From NCBI GenBank assembly GCA_942493095.1, contig OW818675.1:1800001-1832000 (forward strand): a DNA stretch of 32,000 nt. Reading direction: 5' to 3'. Source of the stretch: Candidatus Electronema halotolerans (GTDB taxonomy: Bacteria; Desulfobacterota; Desulfobulbia; Desulfobulbales; Desulfobulbaceae). The position numbers were made by a program, and so were the translations under genes. Shown piece after piece: positions 1-9,218 of the stretch. A model generated the notes under the pieces. It was not told the DNA's origin. It saw only the letters and a list, made by a program, of their open reading frames with translations, and searched no databases. Numbering within the stretch: the first letter of the stretch is position 1; every line of letters starts with the position of its first letter.

Positions 1-749
1 TGGCTCCGATTGCCTTGGAATTTGATGCTGACGGCGCCATGCCAGTCACCCTTTTTGGCGTGGATGCGCATGAGGCGCCGCCAATCACCCAAGCCAACCT
101 TTGCGAATACGTCAACCGCGAAGTTGTCAAGCACTATCCTTTTGAGGGCGGAACTAAGTATGCCAAGCCGCTCTGGCATATTGTCCAACGGCATTGCAGT
201 GCGGCAGTTCAAGAGGTGACGGTTGCGCAGGGCGGCTGGTTCAAAAAGAAGAAAACCGAGAGGAAAATTGTCCAGCAGTCTCCTGCCCCTGTTCCTATTT
301 TTGTCCAATTCATAACTGACGGCGACAATCAGGACCGTGAAGAGACAGAGAAGCTGCTGCGCATGATGGAGGTGCTGCCGATCTTCATCCAGTTTGTCGG
401 CGCAGGAACAGCTTCTTTTGCCTTTCTCCGCAAACTTGACGAGATGCGACGGGACTTCATCGACAATGCCAGTTTTTTTCAAGTGACAGATATCGTCAAC
501 ACCTCTGATGAGCAGCTTTACAAAGACATGCTGCATGAATTTCCTGCTTGGCTGAATAAGGCCAAAGACAAGGGACTGGTCCATCAGCACAACATCAACA
601 AACCGAGCAGTCCTCCGCCAAGTTCGGCAGGAGCAGCCCCGCAGCAGACTCCTCCTGCCGCAGATGATCTCTGCCTGATGTGCAAGGGCGCGGGCGGCAG
701 CTGCATGTTCTGCAAAGGCACGGGCAGAAGGCTTGACCGCAGGAACTGA
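1..749 (+). CDS. VWA-domain (TerF-like) protein, 5'-truncated by the window edge, with C-terminal CxxCxGxG zinc-ribbon-like tail
   Basis: The frame is open to the window start. The sequence has VPIFVQFITDGDNQD and PIFIQFVGAG strands and FLRKLDEM, as in TerF/YceC-like VWA proteins. The C-terminus is CLMCKGAGGSCMFCKGTGRR. terD follows directly. Confidence 0.75.
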   Translation, partial: APIALEFDADGAMPVTLFGVDAHEAPPITQANLCEYVNREVVKHYPFEGGTKYAKPLWHIVQRHCSAAVQEVTVAQGGWFKKKKTERKIVQQSPAPVPIFVQFITDGDNQDREETEKLLRMMEVLPIFIQFVGAGTASFAFLRKLDEMRRDFIDNASFFQVTDIVNTSDEQLYKDMLHEFPAWLNKAKDKGLVHQHNINKPSSPPPSSAGAAPQQTPPAADDLCLMCKGAGGSCMFCKGTGRRLDRRN

Positions 750-783
750 ACATTCAACTCATTCACTGGAAAAGGAGAGCAAG

Positions 784-1362
784 ATGAGCGTTTCATTAAG
801 CAAAGGCAGCAATGTTTCTTTGAGCAAAGAGGCTCCGGGCTTGGAGGCCATCAAGATCGGCTGCGGCTGGGATGCGCAGGCCCTGAGCGGCGCGGCCTTT
901 GACCTTGATGCCTCCGTGTTTCTTTGCGGCGAGGACGGCAAAGTCACCAAAGAGAACGACTTTATTTATTACAAGAACTTGCAGGGCGCGAACGGCGCAG
1001 TGGTTCATGCTGGCGACAGCCGCACCGGCGAGGGCGATGGCGACGACGAAATGATCATGATGTCGCTCAAGGACATGCCGCCGGAACTGGTCAAAGCCGC
1101 TGTTGTGGTCACCATTCACGAGGCGGTCAGCCGAGGCCAGAACTTCGGCATGGTGGAAAACGCCTTCATCCGCATTGTCAATGCGGCCAATGATGTGGAG
1201 ATTGCCCGCTACGATCTGACAGAGGATTTTTCCGGGGAAACCGCTGTAATTTTCGGCGAGGTCTATTCAAAAAACGGTGAATGGAAATTCAAGGCGGTCG
1301 GCCAAGGCTCAACCGAGGGGCTGGCCCAGATATGCGCCAAGTTCGGCGTGAGCGCGTCCTGA
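784..1362 (+). CDS. terD: TerD family (tellurium resistance / stress) protein
   Basis: MSVSLSKGSNVSLSKEAPGL...IKIGCGWD...FDLDASVFLC...GDDEMIMMSLKDMPPELVKAAVVVTIHEA...FGMVENAFIRIVN matches the TerD consensus. The start is ATG at 784 after ggaaaaggag. Confidence 0.93.
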   Translation: MSVSLSKGSNVSLSKEAPGLEAIKIGCGWDAQALSGAAFDLDASVFLCGEDGKVTKENDFIYYKNLQGANGAVVHAGDSRTGEGDGDDEMIMMSLKDMPPELVKAAVVVTIHEAVSRGQNFGMVENAFIRIVNAANDVEIARYDLTEDFSGETAVIFGEVYSKNGEWKFKAVGQGSTEGLAQICAKFGVSAS

Positions 1363-1394
1363 GCGTCGTTTCTTTCAATCGGTTCAGCAAAGAC

Positions 1395-1425
1395 GGCAGG
1401 GAGGCAGTGCCCTGCCTATTTTTTT
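1395..1425 (+). terminator. Rho-independent terminator downstream of terD
   Basis: Stem ggcaggg/ccctgcc is followed by a T-rich tract. Confidence 0.7.
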
Positions 1426-1614
1426 GCTTGCTTTTCAGAAGTAAATCTGCTTAAAAAGAAAAGGTTCCTTGAAAAATGCTGTTTTTGTCGAAAGCGTGAT
1501 CAAGCGAATCCAATTGCTTGCAGAGCAATAACTGGCGAAAACAGCAAATTTTCAAGACTTCCAACAAGATGATGGATGTTCAACAACGTACTTCTCAAAG
1601 TAAAGAGGTGGAAA

Positions 1615-4038
1615 ATGAAAGAAGCAGGAAAACAGGTGTGCCGGAGCTTGCTGACCGGCATGGTGCTGCTGGCGGGACTGACGTTTTTGTTAGTGTCGTC
1701 AAGCTACGCATCGGTGCCGCCAGCAGAGCAGTTTGGCAAAATTGCGACAGTGGAACACATACTGCACCAAACGCAATCCAGCATTTGGCAGCAGCTCCAT
1801 TCACAGGAGGTAGATGCTCTTGTGTCGCAACTGCGTATGGCTGAAAAGGCGGGCCGTGATGATCAGGCCGGACAGCTACGGCGGCAGTTGAATCAGTTGG
1901 AGAAACGTCTGCTGGGCGATGCGCCCCCGGCAGATGCTGAACTGGCCCGGCTGGTGCAGAAGAAAAAAATGCTGCTTGATGAACTGGCCCGACTGGGCGG
2001 AGGAACGCAGGCAGCAGCTTCTTCGGCTGTTGCAGCAGCGGCTCTTACCGCAGGCACAAGCACCATTACCGGAAAAGTGACGAACAGTGGTGGCAATGCT
2101 ATTGCAGAAGCATATGTATTGGTGGTTGATTCTTCAGGTAACGGAGAATCCCGCACGACAGATGCTGCTGGCGTATATACTGTGGCGAACATAGCTGCTG
2201 GCATCTACTATGTTTATTTCTCAGCAGATGGCTATGAAGCAGAATGGTACGAAGATGCGCCGCAGCAGGCCTGCGCCACCCCGGTGACACTTGCTGCTGA
2301 TAAGTCTGAGACAATTGACGCTGTTCTTGAAAAGACAGCTGTAGTTGAAACTGGCAGCATTTCCGGCAAAGTCACGGATCCGGATGGCACTGCTGTTTCA
2401 GGTGCTTATGTTTATGCTTACGGCCCAGATTATGGTTCCACAAGCACAGGTGCTGACGGAACATACACCATCAGCGGCCTGCCGAGCGGCGACTATAAGG
2501 TGGAGTTTAATGCGCCTTTCAGCTCCGACCTGCTTGACGAGTGGTATAACGGCAAGGCGGATTACAGCAGTGCGGATGCAGTTACGGTCACAGCACCGGA
2601 CACCAAGTCAGGAATCGACGCAACGCTGGCAAAGGGCGGCAGCATTACCGGTACGGTCAAAGATGGTTCAAATAGTGATGCTCCTCTCTCAGGTGCCTAT
2701 GTTTATGCTTATCTTTGCGACAATGCAAGCTGTGACTCTTATTCATCCGCAGGGTATGATTATACAGCTACCGACGGCACATACACCATCAGCGGCCTGC
2801 CGACCGGCAGCTACAAGGTGAAGTTTACCGTTGCCTACCGTTCTAACGGCATTGAAGGATGGACGGCGACCGGTCTGATCGACGAGTGGTATAACGACAA
2901 AGCGGATTCCAACAGTGCGGACGTGGTTGCGGTGACCGCCCCGAATAACAAAACAGGAATTGACGCAACGGTGGCAAAGGGCGGCAGCATCTCCGGCACG
3001 GTCAAAGATGGTTCAAATAGTGATGCTCCTCTCTCAGGTGCCTATGTTTATGCTTATCTTTGCGACAATGCAAGCTGTGACTCTTATTCATCCGCAGGGT
3101 ATGATTATACAGCTACCGACGGCACATACACCATCAGCGGCCTGCCGACCGGCAGCTACAAGGTGAAGTTTACCGTTGCCTACCGTTCTAACGGCATTGA
3201 AGGATGGACGGCGACCGGTCTGATCGACGAGTGGTATAACGACAAAGCGGATTCCAACAGTGCGGACGTGGTTGCGGTGACCGCCCCGAATAACAAAGCA
3301 GGAATTGACGCAACGGTGGCAAAGGGTGGCAGCATCACGGGCAAAGTGATAGATTCAGCCGCAACACCGGCAGTCGTTTCAGGTGCGCGTGTTTATGCTT
3401 ATGAAAGCATCGTTTCATCTACAGGCACCTATGTCCATGTAACACCATACAGCTCTGCTACGACTGATGAAAACGGTGAGTACACCATCAGCGGCCTGCC
3501 GACCGGCAGCTACAAGGTGAAGTTTGAAGCTCCCTACGACTCCGGCCTGCTTGACGAGTGGTATAACGGCAAAGCGGATTCCAGCAGCGCAGGTGCAGTT
3601 GCGGTCGCAGCACCGGACACTAAGTCAGGAATCGACGCAACGCTGGCAAAAGGCGGCAGCATTACCGGTACCGTGACCAATGACGGAGCAGCATTCAAAT
3701 GCGCCTATGTCTCTGTGCGTGAGGTTGATGGTTATTGCTACGAGTACGAGGGGGGGGGCGAGTACTGTTACTATCCGACAATAGGCTCGGCAGTCACCGA
3801 TTACCAAGGCAAGTACACAGTCAAAGGCTTATCCGGTTCGTATAAAGTGTATGTTTCTGGAGAGACAAGCACTGGCGACTCGCTCTGGCAATGGTACAAG
3901 GGCAGGATGGAAGGCCGCTGCGCGAACAAGATCGGCGTGACCGCACCGAATGCGACAACCCTTGATGTCGCGTTTCCGGTTCAGCTCAGGCAGTGCGGAG
4001 GCTCACTTATTCCGATCCTCAAGTTCCTGCTGAATTAA
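1615..4038 (+). CDS. Secreted or surface protein with N-terminal helical region and about six carboxypeptidase-regulatory-like (beta-sandwich) modules
   Basis: The start is ATG at 1615 after agaggtgg, followed by a hydrophobic signal sequence (GMVLLAGLTFLLVSSSYA). Modules of type G(S)I(T/S)G.V.....SGAYVYAY...DGTYTISGLP.G.YKV.F......EWYN.KA repeat through the protein, which has a Cys-containing C-terminal end. Confidence 0.8.
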   Translation: MKEAGKQVCRSLLTGMVLLAGLTFLLVSSSYASVPPAEQFGKIATVEHILHQTQSSIWQQLHSQEVDALVSQLRMAEKAGRDDQAGQLRRQLNQLEKRLLGDAPPADAELARLVQKKKMLLDELARLGGGTQAAASSAVAAAALTAGTSTITGKVTNSGGNAIAEAYVLVVDSSGNGESRTTDAAGVYTVANIAAGIYYVYFSADGYEAEWYEDAPQQACATPVTLAADKSETIDAVLEKTAVVETGSISGKVTDPDGTAVSGAYVYAYGPDYGSTSTGADGTYTISGLPSGDYKVEFNAPFSSDLLDEWYNGKADYSSADAVTVTAPDTKSGIDATLAKGGSITGTVKDGSNSDAPLSGAYVYAYLCDNASCDSYSSAGYDYTATDGTYTISGLPTGSYKVKFTVAYRSNGIEGWTATGLIDEWYNDKADSNSADVVAVTAPNNKTGIDATVAKGGSISGTVKDGSNSDAPLSGAYVYAYLCDNASCDSYSSAGYDYTATDGTYTISGLPTGSYKVKFTVAYRSNGIEGWTATGLIDEWYNDKADSNSADVVAVTAPNNKAGIDATVAKGGSITGKVIDSAATPAVVSGARVYAYESIVSSTGTYVHVTPYSSATTDENGEYTISGLPTGSYKVKFEAPYDSGLLDEWYNGKADSSSAGAVAVAAPDTKSGIDATLAKGGSITGTVTNDGAAFKCAYVSVREVDGYCYEYEGGGEYCYYPTIGSAVTDYQGKYTVKGLSGSYKVYVSGETSTGDSLWQWYKGRMEGRCANKIGVTAPNATTLDVAFPVQLRQCGGSLIPILKFLLN
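2656..3345 (+). repeat. Tandem duplication, 345-bp unit (115 aa), copies at about 2656-3000 and 3001-3345
   Basis: gtcaaagatggttcaaatagtgatgctcc... starts at 2656 and again at 3001. About 330 bp of each unit appears identical apart from NNKT/NNKA, after which the unit ends diverge. Confidence 0.9.
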
Positions 4039-4072
4039 GAAGACAGCGCGGCGAGCTTCACTCTCCCGCCTG

Positions 4073-4108
4073 ACACCCGGCCAAAACACTCTGGCCGGGT
4101 GTTTTTTT
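4073..4108 (+). terminator. Rho-independent terminator
   Basis: acacccggcc ... ggccgggtgt followed by a T7 run. Confidence 0.9.
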
Positions 4109-4222
4109 GCCCTGCCGTTGTGCAAAAAACGCTTTGACAGCGAATAGTTTAATGATAACTGTCTGTAAACATGTTTCAGATTCAGCATTATAAAAAAACT
4201 AACCAGACACTCCTGAATATTC

Positions 4223-6211
4223 ATGCAACCACGTAACTCCTATTCAAATCAAACTGCCGCACAATGGAGCCTTTTCCGTGTTATGAGAAAAGCAGGATTT
4301 ATCAGACAGGAATCTCTGTTCCTGTTTCTGCTGCTGACAGCTGCTATTTTTTTATTGTATTCGCCGGCTTTGACATCTCCATTCCTGTTTGATGATATCA
4401 ATAATATAGAGCATAACCGTGCTGTTCAGATGTCGGAGCTGTCTATATCCTCATTAAAAAAAGCGGCTCATGGTCCGAGACCAGTGGCTATGTTGAGCTT
4501 TGCTTTCGACTATTATTTGCACGGTCTGAATCCTTTTTGGTTCAGAGTGACAAATATTTTTATCCATATTGGCACAGCAATGATCTTGTATTTCACGCTT
4601 TGCCGCACAATGTCTCTGCTGACCGAGGATGTCGGACAGCAGGAGCACCGCTGGATGCCTGCGTTGAGCACCTTGCTTTGGGCTGTGCATCCTTTGCAAA
4701 TTCAGTCAGTTACTTATATCGTCCAGCGCATGAATAGCCTTGCTGGTTTTTTTCTGCTGCTTTCACTGTTGCTGTATATTCACGCTCGTTTGACCAAAAA
4801 AATTCTTATAGTCATTGCATGTATTCTTGCAGCACTGCTGGCGATAGGATCGAAACCGAATGCGGCTATGCTGCCCCTGCTTATTCTGCTGTATGAATAT
4901 TTTTTCTTCCAAAAGAAAAAAAACAAACTGTGGCGACATCCATCTTTCCCAGCCATTCTCGCATGTTCTATTGTGTTAGTGGGAGCAATTGGATACTTTT
5001 TCATGCAAGGCCATCCAATGCTTCTGCTTTCGTCTTGGTATGCTAAAAATGATTTTACCCCTGTTCAACGGGTTATGACAGAGTTCAGAGTAATAATCCT
5101 ATATCTTTCCCTGCTCTTTTTTCCTCACCCATCCCGTCTTAATATTGATCACGATATTCTACTGTCAAAAACATTGATTGCGCCGCCATCCACGGCATTA
5201 AGTCTTGCAGCAATACTTTTTTTGCTAACAATCGGTTGGATTGCTATAAACAAATATCCTTTATTATCTTTCGGCATATTTTGGTTTTTCAGCAATCTTT
5301 TGATAGAGTCAACAATTATACCATTAGATTTTATTTTTGAACACAGGGTTTACATTCCATCCATGATATTGATTGCAGGAATAATGTTTCCAACAGGTTC
5401 TTATCGACAGAAAAGAAAAAAAGGCGTTATGTGCATTTCATTGCTTTTTTTAATGTTTTTTTCTCTTTGGACGTATCAGCGGAACAGTGTCTGGCAAAGC
5501 GGCAGTGCTTTATGGCAAGACAGTGTTAATAAATCACCGAACAAACCAAGACCTCATGAAAGTTTAGCCTATTATTTGGAACAGGCAGGACACTTATCAG
5601 AAGCACTCCGGCATTATAAAAGGGCAGCCCGGCTCAATCCGAAAAATGCAGATTTATACAATAATATAGGAAATATATATATGAAAGAAGGCAATGTGCA
5701 AGATGCAATTCTTTATTACAAAACCGCATTGCCTCTTCAGTCATCTTGCAAGGAATTATGTAATAATATTGGAAATGCGTTATCTAAACTTGGCTATCTT
5801 AAACAGGCACTTACTTATTACGAAATAGCTTTGAAGAATGACAAAAACTATACAAAAGCACATATAAATTTTGCCAACACGCTTTCTGTTCTTGGAAATA
5901 CCGAACTTGCTATGCGGCACTACCAGTTAGCAGCAAAATTAGACCCGGAAAACATTGAAAATAATTACAACAGAAGTATCCTGCTTTTACAAAAAGGTGA
6001 TTTCAAGGAAGCATCTAAAATTCTTGAGAAAATAGTAAAAAATAATACTTCTTTCAAAGAAGCTTACAATAATCTTGGTGTTGCGCTTGAGAATTTAGGC
6101 GAGATAGATAAAGCAAAAGAAAAATATCAACAGGCACTAAGTATTGATCCAACTTTTATTGATGCTAAACAAAATATTAGTCGAATTAAAAATAATAATT
6201 TGCCCAAATAA
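4223..6211 (+). CDS. TMTC-like membrane glycosyltransferase (protein O-mannosyltransferase-like) with C-terminal TPR repeats
   Basis: Many hydrophobic helices; SPFLFDDINNIEHN near the N-terminus and LWAVHPLQIQSVTYIVQRMNSLAG are typical of the family. The C-terminal third has TPRs (LNPKNADLYNNIGNIYMKEGNVQDAILYYKTAL etc.). Confidence 0.82.
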   Translation: MQPRNSYSNQTAAQWSLFRVMRKAGFIRQESLFLFLLLTAAIFLLYSPALTSPFLFDDINNIEHNRAVQMSELSISSLKKAAHGPRPVAMLSFAFDYYLHGLNPFWFRVTNIFIHIGTAMILYFTLCRTMSLLTEDVGQQEHRWMPALSTLLWAVHPLQIQSVTYIVQRMNSLAGFFLLLSLLLYIHARLTKKILIVIACILAALLAIGSKPNAAMLPLLILLYEYFFFQKKKNKLWRHPSFPAILACSIVLVGAIGYFFMQGHPMLLLSSWYAKNDFTPVQRVMTEFRVIILYLSLLFFPHPSRLNIDHDILLSKTLIAPPSTALSLAAILFLLTIGWIAINKYPLLSFGIFWFFSNLLIESTIIPLDFIFEHRVYIPSMILIAGIMFPTGSYRQKRKKGVMCISLLFLMFFSLWTYQRNSVWQSGSALWQDSVNKSPNKPRPHESLAYYLEQAGHLSEALRHYKRAARLNPKNADLYNNIGNIYMKEGNVQDAILYYKTALPLQSSCKELCNNIGNALSKLGYLKQALTYYEIALKNDKNYTKAHINFANTLSVLGNTELAMRHYQLAAKLDPENIENNYNRSILLLQKGDFKEASKILEKIVKNNTSFKEAYNNLGVALENLGEIDKAKEKYQQALSIDPTFIDAKQNISRIKNNNLPK

Positions 6212-6260
6212 GCATGAGCTGGATTCACGTTGCAAAGGCAACTTTTGCCGCTGGACTGAC

Positions 6261-6366
6261 TTTAGGGAACCTCGAAAAATTGGTGTTTTCGGCAGTTACC
6301 GCTCTGTAACTGCCTGATTATTCAATTACGCTTTCGATAAAAACAGTATTTTTCGAGGAACCCTTT
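6261..6366. repeat. Putative MITE-like or IS-derived inverted-repeat element
   Basis: Left end agggaacctcgaaaaat (6264-6280) and right end atttttcgaggaaccct are inverted repeats with 2 mismatches. An internal hairpin ggcagttac/gtaactgcc lies at 6291-6314. Confidence 0.55.
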
Positions 6367-6397
6367 AGAGCCTGTTCTTTTATGCGAAGTTTTGCAA

Positions 6398-8476
6398 TCA
6401 GCTCTGCTCCGCGTGCATCTTGGAGATGTCGCCGACGCGCCGGACAAGCCCAGCTAGCTTGGTGAGCAGATTAAGCCGGTTGGCGCGGACAGCCGGGTTC
6501 TCATCCATGACCATGACCTGATCAAAAAAGGCATCCACCGGTGCTTTCATGATCAGCATGGCCCGCAGCGCGGCAGGGTAATCACCCTCGGCCAGCAGTG
6601 GCTCAACCTGCGCCTGCACAGCCTTGCCGACCGCAAACAAATCCTTCTCCGCCGCCTCAGTCAGCAGGGATTCATCCACAGAGGTTTCCACGTTATCCTT
6701 GATGATATTGGCAATCCGCTTGCAGGAACCAGCCAAGACGGCAAAGTCCTCGCTGCCGCGCATGGCTTCCAAGGCCTCAATCCGGGCCAAGCAGTCATTG
6801 AGGTCAGCAAAGGCGACAGAGGTTCCCGCCTCCACAGCGGCCTGATTTTTTCCGGCGGCGATCAAGTCATTCTCAAAGCGCAGGCGGATAAAATTCATTG
6901 CTTCCGTCAAAGTGTCTTCTTTGGCTGCAATCTTGTCCGCATAGCCTGCCAAGGCTTTTTCTGCCAGCTCGATCAAGGACAGGCGCAGATTCAGGCTGCG
7001 GATGATGTTGATCAGGCCAAGGGCCAGCCTGCGCTGACCAAAGGCATCCTTGCTGCCAGTGGGCCGCTCGCCAATGGCAAAGCAGCCGACAATGGTGTCA
7101 ATCCGGTCTGCAAGGCCGACAATCGCGCCGGGCAGGGACTGCGGCAGCTCGCCGCCCGCCCGCACTGGCAGATAATGCTCACGAATGGCCTCTGCTGCCG
7201 CCTCCTGCTCGCCGTCCAGTAGGGCATAGCACCGGCCTATGATGCCTTGCAAGGTCGGAAATTCGCCCACCATCTCGGTGAGCAAATCAGCCTTGGCCAG
7301 CTCTGCCGCCCGCAGGGCATCCGGCTTCTGCGCTGGAGCCAATTGATCAGCAAGCCAGGCGGTCAAGGCAATGATGCGGTCTCGTTTTTCCGCCATCGTG
7401 CCGAGCTGGTGCTGGAAAATGATGCCGGACAAGCCGTCAATCCGGCTGGCTAACGACTTTTTCGTGTCCTCATGGTAGAAAAACAGGGCATCTTCCAAGC
7501 GGGCGCGGAGAACGCGCTGATGGCCGCTGACTGCCAGCTCCTGGTCAGCAACGGCATTGTTGTTGACTGCGACAAAATAGGGCAGCAATTTGCCGCAGGA
7601 ACTCACGACCGGGAAATATTTTTGATGCTCCCGCATTGAGGTGATCAGCACCTCAGCAGGCAGGGCAAGAAATTTTTCCTCAAAACTGCCGCAGACCCCG
7701 TGCGGCTTTTCGACCAAATTGGTGACAATATCAAGCAGACCCTCGTCCAGCAGCGGCTCGGCCTCTGCTCCGGCCTGCTCCTGCACCGCCTTTTTCACCT
7801 CCGCAATCACCACTGCCCGCCGCTCGTCACTGTCAGCGATCACGGCCTTGTCTGCCAGCTTGGCCAAGTAATCCTCAAAACTGCGCACCTGCACCGGCTC
7901 AGGACTGAGGAAGCGATGGCCAAGGGTCGTGTCTCCGGCTTGGAGATGCTCCACGCGCATCTCGACAACCTTGCCGCCGTGCAAAGCCAGCAGCCATTGC
8001 ACAGGCCGGGCAAAGGTCAGCTTGGTCTTGCCCCAGCGCATGGACTTGGGAAAGGGAATGGCTCGGACCAGCTCCTCCAGCAGGGCGGGCAGCAGCTCGG
8101 CAGCAGTCTTGCCCTTGATCTCCTCAGCCGCCATGACATATTCACCCTTGGCAGTGCTGATAATCTGCAAATCTTCAACAGCCACGCCTTTGGAGCGGGC
8201 AAAGCCAAGGGCCGCCTTGGTCGGCTGCCCATCAGCAGCAAAGGCAGCCTGCTTGGCCGGGCCAATATGCTCCTGCAAGCGGGTCGGCTGCTCGTCCTGC
8301 ACATCATCGACGGCCAAGGTCAGGCGGCGCGGCGTGCCAGCACTGCGCACCCAGCCAAAGCTCAGACCGAGTTCGCGAAATTTTTCCTGAACAGCCTGCT
8401 CCAGAAAAGCGAGCGCAGGTCGGATGTAACTGGCCGGAATTTCCTCCGTGCCGATTTCAAAAAGGAGCTGTGACAT
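6398..8476 (-). CDS. glyS: Glycine--tRNA ligase beta subunit
   Basis: MSQLLFEIGTEEIPASYIRPALAFLEQ..., TPRRLTLAVDDV, PKSMRW, FARPVQWLLALHG, VGLADRIDTIVGCFAIGERPTGSKDAFGQRR and VFFDQVMVM-like C-terminus are all classic GlyS motifs. The start is set at the MSQLLFEIG methionine. Confidence 0.96.
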   Translation of the reverse strand: MSQLLFEIGTEEIPASYIRPALAFLEQAVQEKFRELGLSFGWVRSAGTPRRLTLAVDDVQDEQPTRLQEHIGPAKQAAFAADGQPTKAALGFARSKGVAVEDLQIISTAKGEYVMAAEEIKGKTAAELLPALLEELVRAIPFPKSMRWGKTKLTFARPVQWLLALHGGKVVEMRVEHLQAGDTTLGHRFLSPEPVQVRSFEDYLAKLADKAVIADSDERRAVVIAEVKKAVQEQAGAEAEPLLDEGLLDIVTNLVEKPHGVCGSFEEKFLALPAEVLITSMREHQKYFPVVSSCGKLLPYFVAVNNNAVADQELAVSGHQRVLRARLEDALFFYHEDTKKSLASRIDGLSGIIFQHQLGTMAEKRDRIIALTAWLADQLAPAQKPDALRAAELAKADLLTEMVGEFPTLQGIIGRCYALLDGEQEAAAEAIREHYLPVRAGGELPQSLPGAIVGLADRIDTIVGCFAIGERPTGSKDAFGQRRLALGLINIIRSLNLRLSLIELAEKALAGYADKIAAKEDTLTEAMNFIRLRFENDLIAAGKNQAAVEAGTSVAFADLNDCLARIEALEAMRGSEDFAVLAGSCKRIANIIKDNVETSVDESLLTEAAEKDLFAVGKAVQAQVEPLLAEGDYPAALRAMLIMKAPVDAFFDQVMVMDENPAVRANRLNLLTKLAGLVRRVGDISKMHAEQS

Positions 8477-8653
8477 TGTCGAAATCAGAAATAATAAAAA
8501 AAAGAAAGGGATGTGCAAGACGGACAAACGTGCTGCGGCATTGCCGACAGGCGGATGCTGTTAGAGAGGTTCCTAACCTTACTGGCAATTCGGTCGGGCA
8601 TCAAGCGGAAAATGGCGCAGCAGGGAAAAAGACGCTGTCATCTGTCTCTCTCC

Positions 8654-8738
8654 TGTAGGGGCAGGCCCCCGTGCCTGCCCATGCAGCGCGCCGTAATAAC
8701 GGAGAAACACCGGGCGGCCACAGGGGGCCGCCCCTACA
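8654..8738. repeat. Palindromic intergenic repeat, GTAGGGGC...GCCCCTAC type
   Basis: tgtaggggcaggcccccgtgcctgccc ... gggcggccacagggggccgcccctaca. The ends are inverted repeats (tgtaggggc/gcccctaca) and there are two internal hairpins. Confidence 0.7.
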
Positions 8739-8780
8739 AAGGACGGCGAAAAATGGTTTTGGCTCCGCTCAAGCACCTGT

Positions 8781-9194
8781 TCAATCAGCCTCTGCCGGAT
8801 ACCAGACTGTCACGGTCGCATAGCCGTTTTTGCAGGCCGTGGCCGCAATCTGGCTTCTGGCGGCCTGCGCCTCTGAGAGCGAACTGAGCAGTCCGGCAAT
8901 GCCCTGATACATCTCCTCATGATAGCGGGCCGTGTCAGCGGAATCAGCAATCAAATTGACATCGCCCTTGACCCAGCCGGACAGAGGCTGCCCCGGCGGC
9001 ACGGTGATGGCTGTTTCCGGGTAATAGACCACTGCTCTGGCCGTGCCGCCGATGATGTTGCTCATGGCGATTTTCGCATATTCCGCCCGTTGGCCCAGTG
9101 ATGCCAGCTTCTCAGTCACGCTTTGCTCCAGCTCAGTGATGCCGGCCCGCCCGGAAAGATGGGATTCAAAGGCCTGATATGTCCATATAGTCAT
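8781..9194 (-). CDS. Hypothetical protein (137 aa), downstream of bamA
   Basis: ORF 24 bp downstream of bamA on the same strand, starting MTIWTYQAFESHLSGRAGITELEQ. No family recognised. Confidence 0.6.
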   Translation of the reverse strand: MTIWTYQAFESHLSGRAGITELEQSVTEKLASLGQRAEYAKIAMSNIIGGTARAVVYYPETAITVPPGQPLSGWVKGDVNLIADSADTARYHEEMYQGIAGLLSSLSEAQAARSQIAATACKNGYATVTVWYPAEAD

Positions 9195-9218
9195 TTCTGC
9201 TGCTCTGCTCCTTGATTG

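Noticed and set aside
2345-3166. Repetitive alternative-frame ORFs (MLMLIFATMQAVTLIHPQG...) inside the carboxypeptidase-regulatory-like gene
   Set aside because: Duplicate appearance is due to the underlying 345-bp DNA repeat in another frame. The 1615-4038 frame shows domain conservation.
7700-8473. 257-aa plus-strand ORF opposite glyS
   Set aside because: Antisense shadow of conserved GlyS.
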